A stretch of DNA of 64,000 nt from Actinomycetota bacterium (GCA_005788205.1 SXYT01000076.1:3760-67759); one strand, 5' to 3'. Positions 17,492-26,329 are shown, numbered from the stretch's first letter. Notes: generated by a model from the letters alone, not told the origin. Program-made: numbers and translations.

Positions 17492-17998
17492 ATGTCGTTC
17501 TTCCGCCGAGCCATGGACTATCTGGGACTGAGCGGCGACGAGGCGTACGACGACTACGACATGTCGATGGAGTACGAGCGCCCGCGCCCCTCGCGCGGCG
17601 TGCCGCCCGTCGAGCAGGAGTACTCCGCCGAGGTGCAGCGTCCGGCCCCGCGTCCGCGCATCGACGACACCGGAGCGACCCGCCGCCCCGACGACTCGGG
17701 TCTGCAGGTGCGTCCGATCGGTGCGCCCCGCTCGACTCCCACCGTGCGCCCCGTCGCCGCTGGCGCAGAGACGGTGAGTGTGCGCCCGCGCAACTTCAAC
17801 GGCGTGAAGGAGATCGCCGACTCCTTCCGCGAGGGCTACCCGGTCATCATCAACCTGGAGGACTGTGAGCCCGGCATGTCACGGCGGATCATCGACTTCG
17901 CGAGCGGTCTCTGCTACGGCCTCGGCGGCACCGTGGAGAAGGTCGGCACCGGCGTGTTCCTGCTGAAGCAGCACGGCGTGGACAACGACCGTCACTGA
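17492..17998 (+). CDS. sepF: Cell division protein SepF
   Basis: The internal ATG at 17492 gives MSFFRRAMDYLGL, the conserved SepF N-terminus. The C-terminal domain reads V..R.FN....IAD.FREGYPVIINL......SRRIIDFASG..YGLGG. Confidence 0.9.
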   Translation: MSFFRRAMDYLGLSGDEAYDDYDMSMEYERPRPSRGVPPVEQEYSAEVQRPAPRPRIDDTGATRRPDDSGLQVRPIGAPRSTPTVRPVAAGAETVSVRPRNFNGVKEIADSFREGYPVIINLEDCEPGMSRRIIDFASGLCYGLGGTVEKVGTGVFLLKQHGVDNDRH

Positions 17999-18005
17999 GG
18001 GCCGC

Positions 18006-18251
18006 ATGGACATTCTCTGCCAGATCGCGTACCTCTACTCGGTCGTCATCATCCTGCGTGCGATCTCGTCGTTCTTCCCGATCTCGCCCGGCAGCCCGTT
18101 CGCGCCAGTGGTGAGCTTCCTCTACAGGGCCACGGAGCCCGTGTTCGCACCCATCCGGCGCGTGATGCCCGCCACCGGGCCGTTCGACTTCACACCCCTC
18201 GTGGTGTTGCTGGCGCTGCAGATACTCGTGCCGCTCCTGCTCGGGTGCTGA
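18006..18251 (+). CDS. YggT family membrane protein
   Basis: 81 aa with two TM helices. YSVVIILRAISSFFP......PVVSFLYRATEPVFAPIRR is typical of YggT/Ycf19. Confidence 0.85.
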   Translation: MDILCQIAYLYSVVIILRAISSFFPISPGSPFAPVVSFLYRATEPVFAPIRRVMPATGPFDFTPLVVLLALQILVPLLLGC

Positions 18252-18278
18252 GCCAGCGCCAACCCCTAGCCTTGACGC

Positions 18279-21200
18279 GTGCCCTACCCCCAGGTTGACC
18301 CGCAACCGAGCTTCCCGGCGATGGAAGCGCAGGTCCTTGCCCGGTGGGCGGCCGACGGCACGTTCGAGAGGTCGGTGGCGGCGCGCGGCGCGGGCGAGGG
18401 CGGGGCCAATGAGTTCGTCTTCTACGACGGCCCGCCCTTCGCTAACGGCCTGCCGCACTACGGGCACATCCTGACCGGCTTCGTGAAGGACGCCGTGCCC
18501 CGCTACCAGACGATGAAGGGCCGCCGGGTCGAGCGCCGTTTCGGCTGGGACTGCCACGGCCTGCCGGCCGAGGTGGAGGCAGAGAAGGAGCTCGGCGTCT
18601 CCGGGCACCCCGGCATCACCGCGTTCGGCATCGACAAATTCAACGACGCGTGCCGCACGAGCGTGCTGCGCTACACGGACGAGTGGCGCCGGTACGTGAC
18701 CAGGCAGGCACGCTGGGTCGACTTCGACAACGACTACAAGACGCTCGACGCGCCGTACATGGAGAGCGTGATGTGGGCGTTCAAGACGCTCCACGACAAG
18801 GGCCTGGTGTACGAGGGTTTCCGGGTGCTGGCGTACTGCTGGCGCTGCGAGACGCCGCTCTCGAACACCGAGACGCGCATGGACGACGTCTACCGCGACC
18901 GCCAGGACCCCGCACTCACGGTGTGGTTCGAGCTCGAGTCGGGCGAGCGGATCCTCGCGTGGACGACGACACCGTGGACGCTCCCGTCGAACCTCGCGCT
19001 CGCCGTCGGGCCCGATGTCGACTATGCCGTGGTGCGCCACACGGACGGCCACACCTACGTGCTCGCCGAGGCGCAGCTGGGTTCCTACGAGAAGGAGCTT
19101 GACGGTGCGGAGAGGGTCGGGACCCTGAAGGGTTCCGAGCTGGCCGGACGTTCGTACCGGCCGATGTTCCACTTCTTCGCCGGCACGGAGAACGCCTTCC
19201 GCATCCTCGCGGCGGACTTCGTGACCACCGAGGACGGCACCGGGGTGGTGCACATGGCCCCCGGGTTCGGCGAGGACGACCAGATCGCGTGCAACGCGGC
19301 AGGCATACCGACCGTCTGCCCCATGGACGAGCACGGCAGGTACACCCCCGAGGTCGAGCCGTGGGCAGGACGCCACGTGTTCGAGGCGAACCCCGAGATC
19401 ATCCGCTCGCTGAAGGAGAGGGGCATCGTGGTGCGCCACGACTCCTACAACCACAGCTACCCGCACTGCTGGCGCTGTGCCGAGCCGCTCGTCTACCGCG
19501 CGGTCTCGTCCTGGTTCGTCAGGGTGACCGCATTCCGTGACCGGATGGTGGAGCTGAACGAGCAGATCACGTGGGCGCCGGAGCACATCAAGGAGGGCAG
19601 CTTCGGGAAGTGGATCTCGAATGCCCGCGACTGGGCGATCAGCCGCAACCGGTTCTGGGGCTCCCCGATCCCGGTGTGGAAGAGCGACGACCCGGCCCAC
19701 CCGCGCATCGACGTGTACGGCAGCTACGAGGAGATCGCCCGTGATTTCGGTGTCGATGTCGTCGACCTGCACAGGCCGTTCGTGGATGACCTCGTGCGCC
19801 CGAACCCCGACGACCCCACGGGGAAGTCGATGATGCGCCGCGTGCCCGAGGTGCTCGACTGCTGGTTCGAGAGCGGCTCGATGCCGTTCGCGCAGGTGCA
19901 CTACCCGTTCGAGAACCGCGAGTGGTTCGAGAACCACTACCCGGGCGATTTCATCGTCGAGTACATCAACCAGACCCGCGGCTGGTTCTACACGATGCAC
20001 GTCCTCGCCACGGCCCTCTTCGACCGGCCCGCCTTCTCGTCGTGCGTCAGCCACGGCATCGTCCTCGGCGACGACGGCGCGAAGATGTCGAAGAGCCTCC
20101 GCAACTATCCCGACCCGATGAAGATGTTCGACATCCACGGTGCCGATGCGATGCGCTGGTACCTGATGTCCTCGCCGATCCTGCGCGGCGGCGACTTCTC
20201 CGTGACAGAGACGGGCATCCGTGACACCGTGCGCCAGGTGCTGCTGCCCGTGTGGAACTCCTGGTACTTCCTCTCCCTCTATGCGAATGCCGCCGGCACG
20301 ACGGGACGCGTGCGCACGGACCAGGCGAACGTGCTCGACCGCTACGTGCTCGCCAAGTTGCGGGCCGTGGTGGAGTCGGCAGGCGCCAGCTACGACACCT
20401 ACGACCTCTTCGGGGCCTGCCAGTCCCTGCGCTCCTTCCTCGACGTGCTCACGAACTGGTACATCCGGCGCAGCCGTGACCGGTTCTGGGCGGGCGATCA
20501 GGACGCCGTCGACACCCTGCACACGGTTCTCGACGTCCTTTCCAAGGTGGCCGCGCCGTTGCTCCCGCTGCTTGCCGATGAGGTCCACCGTGGCCTCCAC
20601 GGAGACGCCGCCGACAGCGTGCATCTCGCGGACTGGCCCGACATGTCCTCGTTTCCGGTGGACGCGGCGCTTGTGACGGCAATGGACCTGGTGCGGGATG
20701 CATGTTCGTCGGCACTCTCCGTCCGCAAGGCCCATGCGCGCCGCGTGCGCCTGCCGTTGCTGACGCTCACGGTCGCCTCGCCCGGTGCCGGAGGACTGGA
20801 ACCGTTCCTGGACATCCTGCGTGACGAGGTGAACGTTCGTGAGGTCGTTCTCACGGGCGACGTCGCCTCGGTCGCCTCCCATGAACTGCAGGTGGTCCCG
20901 GCGGTGCTCGGTCCCCGTCTCGGTGGCCGGACCCAGCAGGTCATCAAGGCAGTCAAGGCCGGCGAGTGGCGCCGCGACGGTGACACGATCCAGGTTGCGG
21001 GCGAGGTGCTCCAGCCCGGTGAATACACCCTGCGCATGGTCACAGCGCCGGACACCGCGAGCGCCACACTTCCCGGGGGTGCTGGTGTCGTCGTTCTCGA
21101 CGTCAACGTGACTCCCGAACTCGAGGCCGAGGGCGTGGCCCGTGACCTCATCCGCGCCGTCCAGCAGGCCCGTCGGGATGCCGGGCTCCATGTCTCGGAC

Positions 21201-21395
21201 AGGATCAGGCTGACCCTCGGTGCAGACATGGGTGTGCGTGCCCAGGTTGAACCCCATCAGTCCCTTGTTGCCGCAGAGACGCTTGCTCTCGATGTCATCT
21301 GGGATGACGCAGCCCCTCGCGACACCGAACTGGAGGGAGCCTCGGTGCACGTGTCCGTCACGAGGATGACGCCCGCCGAGCCACCCCGCCAATAA
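18279..21395 (+). CDS. ileS: Isoleucine--tRNA ligase
   Basis: 1038 aa. Class I motifs: [13 protein letters not shown] (HIGH-type) and KMSKSL, plus the CP1 editing region ([10 protein letters not shown]). The GTG start lies only 27 nt after yggT. Confidence 0.97.
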   Translation: MPYPQVDPQPSFPAMEAQVLARWAADGTFERSVAARGAGEGGANEFVFYDGPPFANGLPHYGHILTGFVKDAVPRYQTMKGRRVERRFGWDCHGLPAEVEAEKELGVSGHPGITAFGIDKFNDACRTSVLRYTDEWRRYVTRQARWVDFDNDYKTLDAPYMESVMWAFKTLHDKGLVYEGFRVLAYCWRCETPLSNTETRMDDVYRDRQDPALTVWFELESGERILAWTTTPWTLPSNLALAVGPDVDYAVVRHTDGHTYVLAEAQLGSYEKELDGAERVGTLKGSELAGRSYRPMFHFFAGTENAFRILAADFVTTEDGTGVVHMAPGFGEDDQIACNAAGIPTVCPMDEHGRYTPEVEPWAGRHVFEANPEIIRSLKERGIVVRHDSYNHSYPHCWRCAEPLVYRAVSSWFVRVTAFRDRMVELNEQITWAPEHIKEGSFGKWISNARDWAISRNRFWGSPIPVWKSDDPAHPRIDVYGSYEEIARDFGVDVVDLHRPFVDDLVRPNPDDPTGKSMMRRVPEVLDCWFESGSMPFAQVHYPFENREWFENHYPGDFIVEYINQTRGWFYTMHVLATALFDRPAFSSCVSHGIVLGDDGAKMSKSLRNYPDPMKMFDIHGADAMRWYLMSSPILRGGDFSVTETGIRDTVRQVLLPVWNSWYFLSLYANAAGTTGRVRTDQANVLDRYVLAKLRAVVESAGASYDTYDLFGACQSLRSFLDVLTNWYIRRSRDRFWAGDQDAVDTLHTVLDVLSKVAAPLLPLLADEVHRGLHGDAADSVHLADWPDMSSFPVDAALVTAMDLVRDACSSALSVRKAHARRVRLPLLTLTVASPGAGGLEPFLDILRDEVNVREVVLTGDVASVASHELQVVPAVLGPRLGGRTQQVIKAVKAGEWRRDGDTIQVAGEVLQPGEYTLRMVTAPDTASATLPGGAGVVVLDVNVTPELEAEGVARDLIRAVQQARRDAGLHVSDRIRLTLGADMGVRAQVEPHQSLVAAETLALDVIWDDAAPRDTELEGASVHVSVTRMTPAEPPRQ

Positions 21396-21428
21396 TCTGA
21401 CCGAATCGTTCCGCAAGAAAGTACGTCC

Positions 21429-22535
21429 ATGACAGCAAAAAAGAAGACACCGGCCAAGAAGGCCCCCGCAAAGAAGAAGCCTGCAGCCAAAAGAAAGCCT
21501 GCGGCGAAGAAGCCCGCGCTGAAGAAGCCTGCTGCGAAGAAGAAGCCTGCTGCGAAGAAGAAGCCCGCGCCGAAGAAGCCTGCGCCGAAGAAGAAGCCTG
21601 CTGCGAAAAAGGCCCCCGCAAAGAAGAAGCCTGCCGCGAAGAAGAAGCCAGTCGGCAAGCAACTGTCGCCAGCCCAGAAAGCAGCCGCCAAGAAGGCCGC
21701 CCAGCGCGCCGCTGCCGCCGCCAAGAAGGAAAATGAGCGTGCTCGTCTCAGCGCGAAGAAGGCAGCAGACCTGAAAAAGAAAGAAGAGGCGGCAAAAAAG
21801 GCGGCGAAGAAGAAGGCCGAGGCAGAGCGCAAGGCCGTCCAACGAGCGCGACAGCAGGAAAAGGCCGATCGGGAACGGGAGAAAAAGAGGGTCGCCAAGG
21901 AGAACCAGAAGCAGCGCGAGCGGCTGGCCAAGGAAAAGGCCGCCCTGAAGAAGGCCCAGGATGCCGAGCGGGCCCGCGCCAAGGCCGAGAAGGACGCCGC
22001 CGCCGCGAAGGCCAAGGCCGAGAAGGACGCCGCCGCCGCGAAGGCCAAGGCCGAGAAGCAGGCGGCCGCAGAGGCTGCTGCGAGGGCGAAGGCAAAACTC
22101 CCGCCACCGAAGCCGCCGATCGTGAAGGGCCCCTCACGGGATGGCGTCACCTCCACCCGGGAGTTCAACCTGGAGTTTCTCTTCGCCCAGCGCGAGCTGC
22201 TCCTCGCCAAGCGCGCCCAGTTGAGCGGCCAGGCCACGCGTCTCGAGAACGAGGCCAATGCGCTGATTGAGGATGCCGAGATGGGTGACGTTCAGTTCGA
22301 CGAGGAGGGCGGAGAGGGTGACACTCTCGTCGTGGAGCGCGAACAGGACCTCGTCCTGTCGGCGTCGGCCCGCTATTCGATCGAGGAGATTGACGTCGCG
22401 CTCGAGCGGATGAAGACAGGCGAGTATGGCTACTCGGTCATCTCGGGCCTGCCCATCCCGAAGGAGCGCCTGAGGGCGATGCCTGAGGCCACCCAGCTCG
22501 TCACGGAACTCGCAGGCGGGTTCGGCCGCCGGTAG
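21429..22535 (+). CDS. Lys/Ala/Pro-rich (histone-tail-like) coiled-coil protein with a C-terminal TraR/DksA-like module lacking the zinc-finger cysteines
   Basis: 368 aa. Residues 3-77 are PAKK/KKPAA repeats and residues about 80-215 are a K/E/A-rich predicted coiled coil. The C-terminus (GDVQFDEEGGEGDT..VEREQDL...IEEIDVALERMKTGEYGYSVISGLPIPKERLRAMPEATQLV) aligns with TraR/DksA, with Ser/Leu/Glu where the CxxC...CxxC cysteines would be. Confidence 0.75.
   Translation: MTAKKKTPAKKAPAKKKPAAKRKPAAKKPALKKPAAKKKPAAKKKPAPKKPAPKKKPAAKKAPAKKKPAAKKKPVGKQLSPAQKAAAKKAAQRAAAAAKKENERARLSAKKAADLKKKEEAAKKAAKKKAEAERKAVQRARQQEKADREREKKRVAKENQKQRERLAKEKAALKKAQDAERARAKAEKDAAAAKAKAEKDAAAAKAKAEKQAAAEAAARAKAKLPPPKPPIVKGPSRDGVTSTREFNLEFLFAQRELLLAKRAQLSGQATRLENEANALIEDAEMGDVQFDEEGGEGDTLVVEREQDLVLSASARYSIEEIDVALERMKTGEYGYSVISGLPIPKERLRAMPEATQLVTELAGGFGRR
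21435..21659 (+). repeat. Coding low-complexity repeat (AAGAAG CCT GCN GCG-type units encoding PAKK/KKPAA)
   Basis: At least 12 iterations of K-K-(K)-P-A-(A/P) read directly from the sequence. Confidence 0.85.
21978..22058 (+). repeat. Perfect 33-bp tandem duplication (GCCAAGGCCGAGAAGGACGCCGCCGCCGCGAAG x2) plus a 15-bp partial third copy
   Basis: The copies are at 21978-22010 and 22011-22043, with a partial copy at 22044-22058. They encode AKAEKDAAAAK twice. Confidence 0.9.
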
Positions 22536-22546
22536 GCGGGCAGCAC

Positions 22547-23053
22547 ATGGTGGGGGCGAGGCGGTGTCTGCTGCCGGCAGGCGTCGCCGTCGTGGCGCTT
22601 GACCAGGCCACGAAGACCTGGGCCGTCAACGCCCTTGACGACGGCAGGACCATCCACGTCATCTGGACACTGCAGTTCGAACTCGGTTTCAACAGTGGCA
22701 TGGCATTCTCCCGGGCCACGGGGCTCGGGCCGCTCATCGGCATCGTCGCGACACTTGCGATCGTGTTCATCATCGCCTCGTTGCGCAAGGCGGACAGCCT
22801 GGTGTCGGCGCTCGGGTTGGTGCTCGTGGCGGCTGGTGCAGCGGGCAATGTGGTCGACCGTTTGTTCCGCGGTGATGCCTGGTTGCGTGGTTCTGTCGTC
22901 GATTTCATCGACCTCCAGTGGTGGCCCGTCTTCAACGTCGCGGACTCGGCAATCACTGTCGGTGGCGTCCTCGTGATCCTCGGCGCCCTGCGCGACCGTG
23001 ACGACGACGTGCCGACCGGGGCTGTGCAGCACACCGGTGGTGACGCCGCATGA
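22547..23053 (+). CDS. lspA: Lipoprotein signal peptidase (signal peptidase II)
   Basis: 168 aa with four TM segments. Motifs: LGFNSGMAFS, NVVDRL, and VVDFIDL..WPVFNVADSAI (catalytic Asp boxes). Confidence 0.9.
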   Translation: MVGARRCLLPAGVAVVALDQATKTWAVNALDDGRTIHVIWTLQFELGFNSGMAFSRATGLGPLIGIVATLAIVFIIASLRKADSLVSALGLVLVAAGAAGNVVDRLFRGDAWLRGSVVDFIDLQWWPVFNVADSAITVGGVLVILGALRDRDDDVPTGAVQHTGGDAA

Positions 23054-23982
23054 TCGTCGAGGAGTTGATCCCTGCAGCCCTCGACGGCGAGCGTCTCGAC
23101 CGGATTGTCGCACTGATTGCCGACATCTCCCGTTCCGAGGCGAGACAGTTGATCGAGGCCGGCGGAGCGAGCGTGGACGGTGCACCCTCGCCGAGCGGCA
23201 AGGTTCGGCTCACGGAGGGCCAGACAGTCAGTGTCGATCTCTCCCGCATCCCCGAGGAGCAGTTCCCGCGCGCGGACGGATCGATCGAAGTCCCCGTGGT
23301 GCACGAGGACGCGGACGTGATCGTCGTCAACAAGCAGGTCGGTCTCGTCGTGCACCCGGCGGCAGGGCACGGCACGGGCACGCTCGTCAACGGGCTCCTC
23401 GCCCGATACCCCGAGATCTCGACCGTCGGCCAGCCACTTCGTCCCGGCATCGTCCATCGCCTCGACGCCGGCACGAGCGGTCTGATGGTCGTCGCCCGCA
23501 CGCAGGTCGCATACGATTCGCTCGTTGCTGCGATGTCGGACCACTCCGTCAGCCGCGAGTACCTGGCTCTCACGTGGGGCCACTTCGACTCGATCTCCGG
23601 AGTCATTGATGCAAACATCGGGCGTGACCCCCGTGACCCGATGAAGATGACCGTGGTTCGGGACGGGAAGTGGGCGCGAACCCACTTCGAGGTGGTCGAT
23701 GTGTTCGTCGGCCCCGCTGACCTTTCGCTCGTGCGGTGCAGGCTGGAGACCGGGCGGACCCACCAGATCAGGGTCCATCTCGCTGCCGTCGGCCATGCCG
23801 TGGTGGGTGACGCGACATACGGCGGGGCGCGGTCCTCCCTCCGCGCGTCGCGCCCCCTCCTGCATGCAGCCCGACTTGGTTTCGTGCACCCGGTCAGTGG
23901 GGCAGAGATGGAGTTCGAGGCACCGGTACCCGCGGACATGGCGACGATCGTGTCGTCATGCGAGCGCACGGCGGGGGACTGA
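23050..23982 (+). CDS. rluD: RluA-family 23S rRNA pseudouridine synthase (RluD-like)
   Basis: 310 aa. It has an S4-like N-terminus. Motifs: VVNKQVGLVVHP, the catalytic HRLDAGTSGLMVVA, and TGRTHQIRVHL. The ATG overlaps the lspA stop. Confidence 0.9.
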   Translation: MIVEELIPAALDGERLDRIVALIADISRSEARQLIEAGGASVDGAPSPSGKVRLTEGQTVSVDLSRIPEEQFPRADGSIEVPVVHEDADVIVVNKQVGLVVHPAAGHGTGTLVNGLLARYPEISTVGQPLRPGIVHRLDAGTSGLMVVARTQVAYDSLVAAMSDHSVSREYLALTWGHFDSISGVIDANIGRDPRDPMKMTVVRDGKWARTHFEVVDVFVGPADLSLVRCRLETGRTHQIRVHLAAVGHAVVGDATYGGARSSLRASRPLLHAARLGFVHPVSGAEMEFEAPVPADMATIVSSCERTAGD

Positions 23983-23985
23983 GGG

Positions 23986-24447
23986 TCAGTGTCCGTGGTG
24001 GTGGAAGGTCGCGCTCGGCCACTCGCCCGCGCCGGTCGCAGCTCTCGCGATCGCCTCGAGGGTGTAGGTGTCGAGGTGTTCGCGCATGTGCTGGCCGGCG
24101 ATGTCCCAGATGGCGAGGAGGACACACTGTCCCTCGTGGTCACACGCTCCGTCCTGGTGGGGCTGGCCGAAGTCACCCACGGTGATGGGTCCGTCCACGG
24201 CCGAGATGATGTCCGACAACTTGATGTCCGCCGGATTTTTCGCGAGCACATAACCGCCGCCCACGCCGCGCTTCGATCGCACCAGGCCGGCTCCCTTCAG
24301 CGCAAGGAGGATCTGCTCCAGGTACGGCTGGGGCAGGCCGGTCCGCTCTGCGATGTCGCGCACGGAAGTGGGTGCGCCGGATCCCGCATGAAGCGAGAGC
24401 GACAGAAGTGCCCGACACGCATAATCACCCCTGGTGGACACTCGCAC
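23986..24447 (-). CDS. Rrf2 family transcriptional regulator
   Basis: The GTG at 24447 gives (M)RVSTRGDYACRALLSLS...SVRDIAERTGLPQPYLEQILLALKGAGLVRSKRGVGGGYVLA, the typical Rrf2 wHTH. There are only two closely spaced C-terminal Cys (CDHEGQC). Confidence 0.85.
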   Translation of the reverse strand: MRVSTRGDYACRALLSLSLHAGSGAPTSVRDIAERTGLPQPYLEQILLALKGAGLVRSKRGVGGGYVLAKNPADIKLSDIISAVDGPITVGDFGQPHQDGACDHEGQCVLLAIWDIAGQHMREHLDTYTLEAIARAATGAGEWPSATFHHHGH

Positions 24448-24476
24448 GGACTCATCGTAGGTGCTGGACTGTGACC

Positions 24477-25583
24477 ATGAGTCAACCAACTCCCGTGCTG
24501 CCCCGGTACGGGGCAGGCTCACTGGCCGACATCATCCCCGTGCTGTGCAGCCCGGAGGGTGCCGTGGAACGTCCCGATTGGATGCCTCCTGTGCTCGCCT
24601 CCGCCGAGCGGGTCGTGCTCCTCGTCATCGACGGGCTCGGCTGGAACCAGCTCCGGGAGCGCATTGACACGGCCCCCACGCTCGCAGCAATGGCGGGAGG
24701 CCCCATCACCTCTGTCGCCCCGTCCACCACCGCCACCGCTCTCACATCAATCACCACGGGCCTCACTCCCGGTGAGCACGGTCTGATCGGCTACCGGATG
24801 GACATGGGCGGCACGGTGATGAACACGCTGCGTTGGGCCGATGAGACCGGTGACCTGCGCAGGCGGTTCCCGCCCGGCCAGGTCCAGGCGTGCCCGCCGT
24901 TTCTCGGGCTCTCCGTGCCCGTGCTCAGCAAGGCCGAACTGGAGGGGACGGGTTTCACCGAGGCGCACCTGGCCGGTGTGAAGCCGATGGGTTGGCGCGC
25001 ATCGAGCAGTATCGCGGTCACGGTGAGACGTGCGCTCGATGCGGGGGAGCCGTTCGTCTATGCGTACTACGACGGTGTCGACAAGATCGCCCACGAACGC
25101 GGCTTCGGCGAGTACTACGACGCAGAGCTGGCATCTGCCGACCGTCTCGTGCTGTCGGTGGCCGAGAGGCTCCCCCCGGGCACCGCACTCGTGGTCACTG
25201 CCGACCACGGCCAGGTTCACGTGGGCCAGAACACCATCGTTCTTGCCCCTGAGGTCATGGCGCGGGTGCACCACCAGTCGGGCGAGGGCCGGTTCCGTTG
25301 GCTCCACGCCCAGCGTGGCAGGGAGGATGACCTTCTCGCCGAGTGCGCGAGGTATGCAGACATCGCCTGGGTGGTGAACCGCGAGCAGGTGATCGAGGAG
25401 AACTGGTTCGGGCCAAGGGTCTCGACCGAGTCCCGCCGCAGGATGGGCGACGTGGCGCTCGTGCCGCACGCCCCGGTGAGCTTCGAGGACCCTGCTGACG
25501 GCGGGGCATTCGAGTTGGTCTGCCGTCACGGCTCGTTGACGGCTGACGAAATGCTCGTGCCGTTCGTCGCGTTGATCGCCTGA
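24477..25583 (+). CDS. Alkaline phosphatase superfamily protein (nucleotide pyrophosphatase/phosphodiesterase-like)
   Basis: The ATG at 24477 gives a 368-aa product. Motifs: VVLLVIDGLGWNQL (metal Asp), APSTTATALTSITTG (nucleophile Thr/Ser region), DKIAHERG and VVTADHGQV. The substrate is unknown. Confidence 0.7.
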   Translation: MSQPTPVLPRYGAGSLADIIPVLCSPEGAVERPDWMPPVLASAERVVLLVIDGLGWNQLRERIDTAPTLAAMAGGPITSVAPSTTATALTSITTGLTPGEHGLIGYRMDMGGTVMNTLRWADETGDLRRRFPPGQVQACPPFLGLSVPVLSKAELEGTGFTEAHLAGVKPMGWRASSSIAVTVRRALDAGEPFVYAYYDGVDKIAHERGFGEYYDAELASADRLVLSVAERLPPGTALVVTADHGQVHVGQNTIVLAPEVMARVHHQSGEGRFRWLHAQRGREDDLLAECARYADIAWVVNREQVIEENWFGPRVSTESRRRMGDVALVPHAPVSFEDPADGGAFELVCRHGSLTADEMLVPFVALIA

Positions 25584-25626
25584 CCGGGCATTCCGGTCCC
25601 TGTGGCACAGCCCCGGCAGGCGGGCA

Positions 25627-26178
25627 GTGGCTGGCAACGGCGAAGTGGCACGGGTCCATACCGATGGCAGACTCTGTGGCGTGGCAGACAGCGACCCATC
25701 CCAGACACCGCCCGTGAGCGCCGAAATCATCGACGGCCGGCCGTTCCCGTCCGCCCCGGCGGAACAGGACAGCCCCACGGAGAGCGTCACGGAGCCGGCG
25801 AAGGTGATGCGCATCGGTTCGATGGTTCGCCAGCTGCTCGAGGAGGTGCGCTCGACGCAGATGGATGAAGCGAGCCGCGAGCGTCTTGCCGAGATCTACG
25901 AGCGCTCGATCGTCGAGATTTCGGAGGCCCTCTCCCCGGACCTCGCGGATGAACTCCACTCGCTCGCCCTCCCGTTCAAGGATGGAGAGGTCCCCTCGGA
26001 CAGCGAGTTGAGGGTGGCAAAGGCCCAGTTGGTCGGTTGGCTCGAGGGACTGTTCCACGGAATCCAGGCGACCCTCTTCGCCCAACAACTGGCCGCCCGT
26101 CAGCAGATCGAGCAGATGCGCCAGATACCGAGCCAGCCGGGCCAGGGTCAGGGCCCCACGGGCGGCACCTACCTCTAG
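25627..26178 (+). CDS. bpa: Bacterial proteasome activator (Bpa/PafE, DUF2587) family protein
   Basis: 183 aa. The helical core is MRIGSMVRQLLEEVR....DEASRERLAEIYE.S..E....LSPDL..EL......F, followed by a Gly/Gln/Pro-rich tail ending in GGTYL (compare the GQYL proteasome-docking terminus of mycobacterial Bpa). The start codon is uncertain. Confidence 0.7.
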   Translation: MAGNGEVARVHTDGRLCGVADSDPSQTPPVSAEIIDGRPFPSAPAEQDSPTESVTEPAKVMRIGSMVRQLLEEVRSTQMDEASRERLAEIYERSIVEISEALSPDLADELHSLALPFKDGEVPSDSELRVAKAQLVGWLEGLFHGIQATLFAQQLAARQQIEQMRQIPSQPGQGQGPTGGTYL

Positions 26179-26182
26179 CCCC

Positions 26183-26202
26183 GGGGACGAGAGACCGTCC
26201 CC
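26183..26202 (+). terminator. Candidate stem-loop after bpa (GGGGACG-AGAGAC-CGTCCCC), no U-tract
   Basis: A 7-bp perfect stem beginning 5 nt after the bpa stop. The absence of a T-run makes the terminator function uncertain. Confidence 0.3.
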
Positions 26203-26329
26203 TGCATCCACCGTCGGGTGGCTCACCCGACTGCTAATTTCGAGAATCCCATCGGTGTGAGTTGCCCGTCAACCACCGCGGGGACAGCAGGTTCGGTGGG
26301 TGTCCACCCGGGAGAAGGAGGGGTGCACA

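Noticed and set aside
17889-21842. A 1317-aa ORF on the - strand spanning all of ileS and part of the lysine-rich gene
   Set aside because: It is antisense to an unambiguous ileS. Its translation is Arg/Gly/Leu/His-rich, with no motifs and long LLRR-type runs mirroring the PAKK repeats. This is the typical stop-codon-poor antisense frame of a high-GC genome.
21257-22258. A 333-aa - strand ORF rich in F/A/G (…FFAAGFFFAAGFF…)
   Set aside because: It is the reverse complement of the AAG/GCN lysine-alanine repeats. Its periodicity simply mirrors the + strand coding repeat.
26250-26271. Possible RecA-independent (PafBC-type) promoter motif upstream of dnaE: CATCGGTG-N8-...
   Set aside because: The upstream half resembles TGTCGGTG, but the hexamer 8 nt downstream is CCGTCA, not TANNNT. 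The motif is incomplete.
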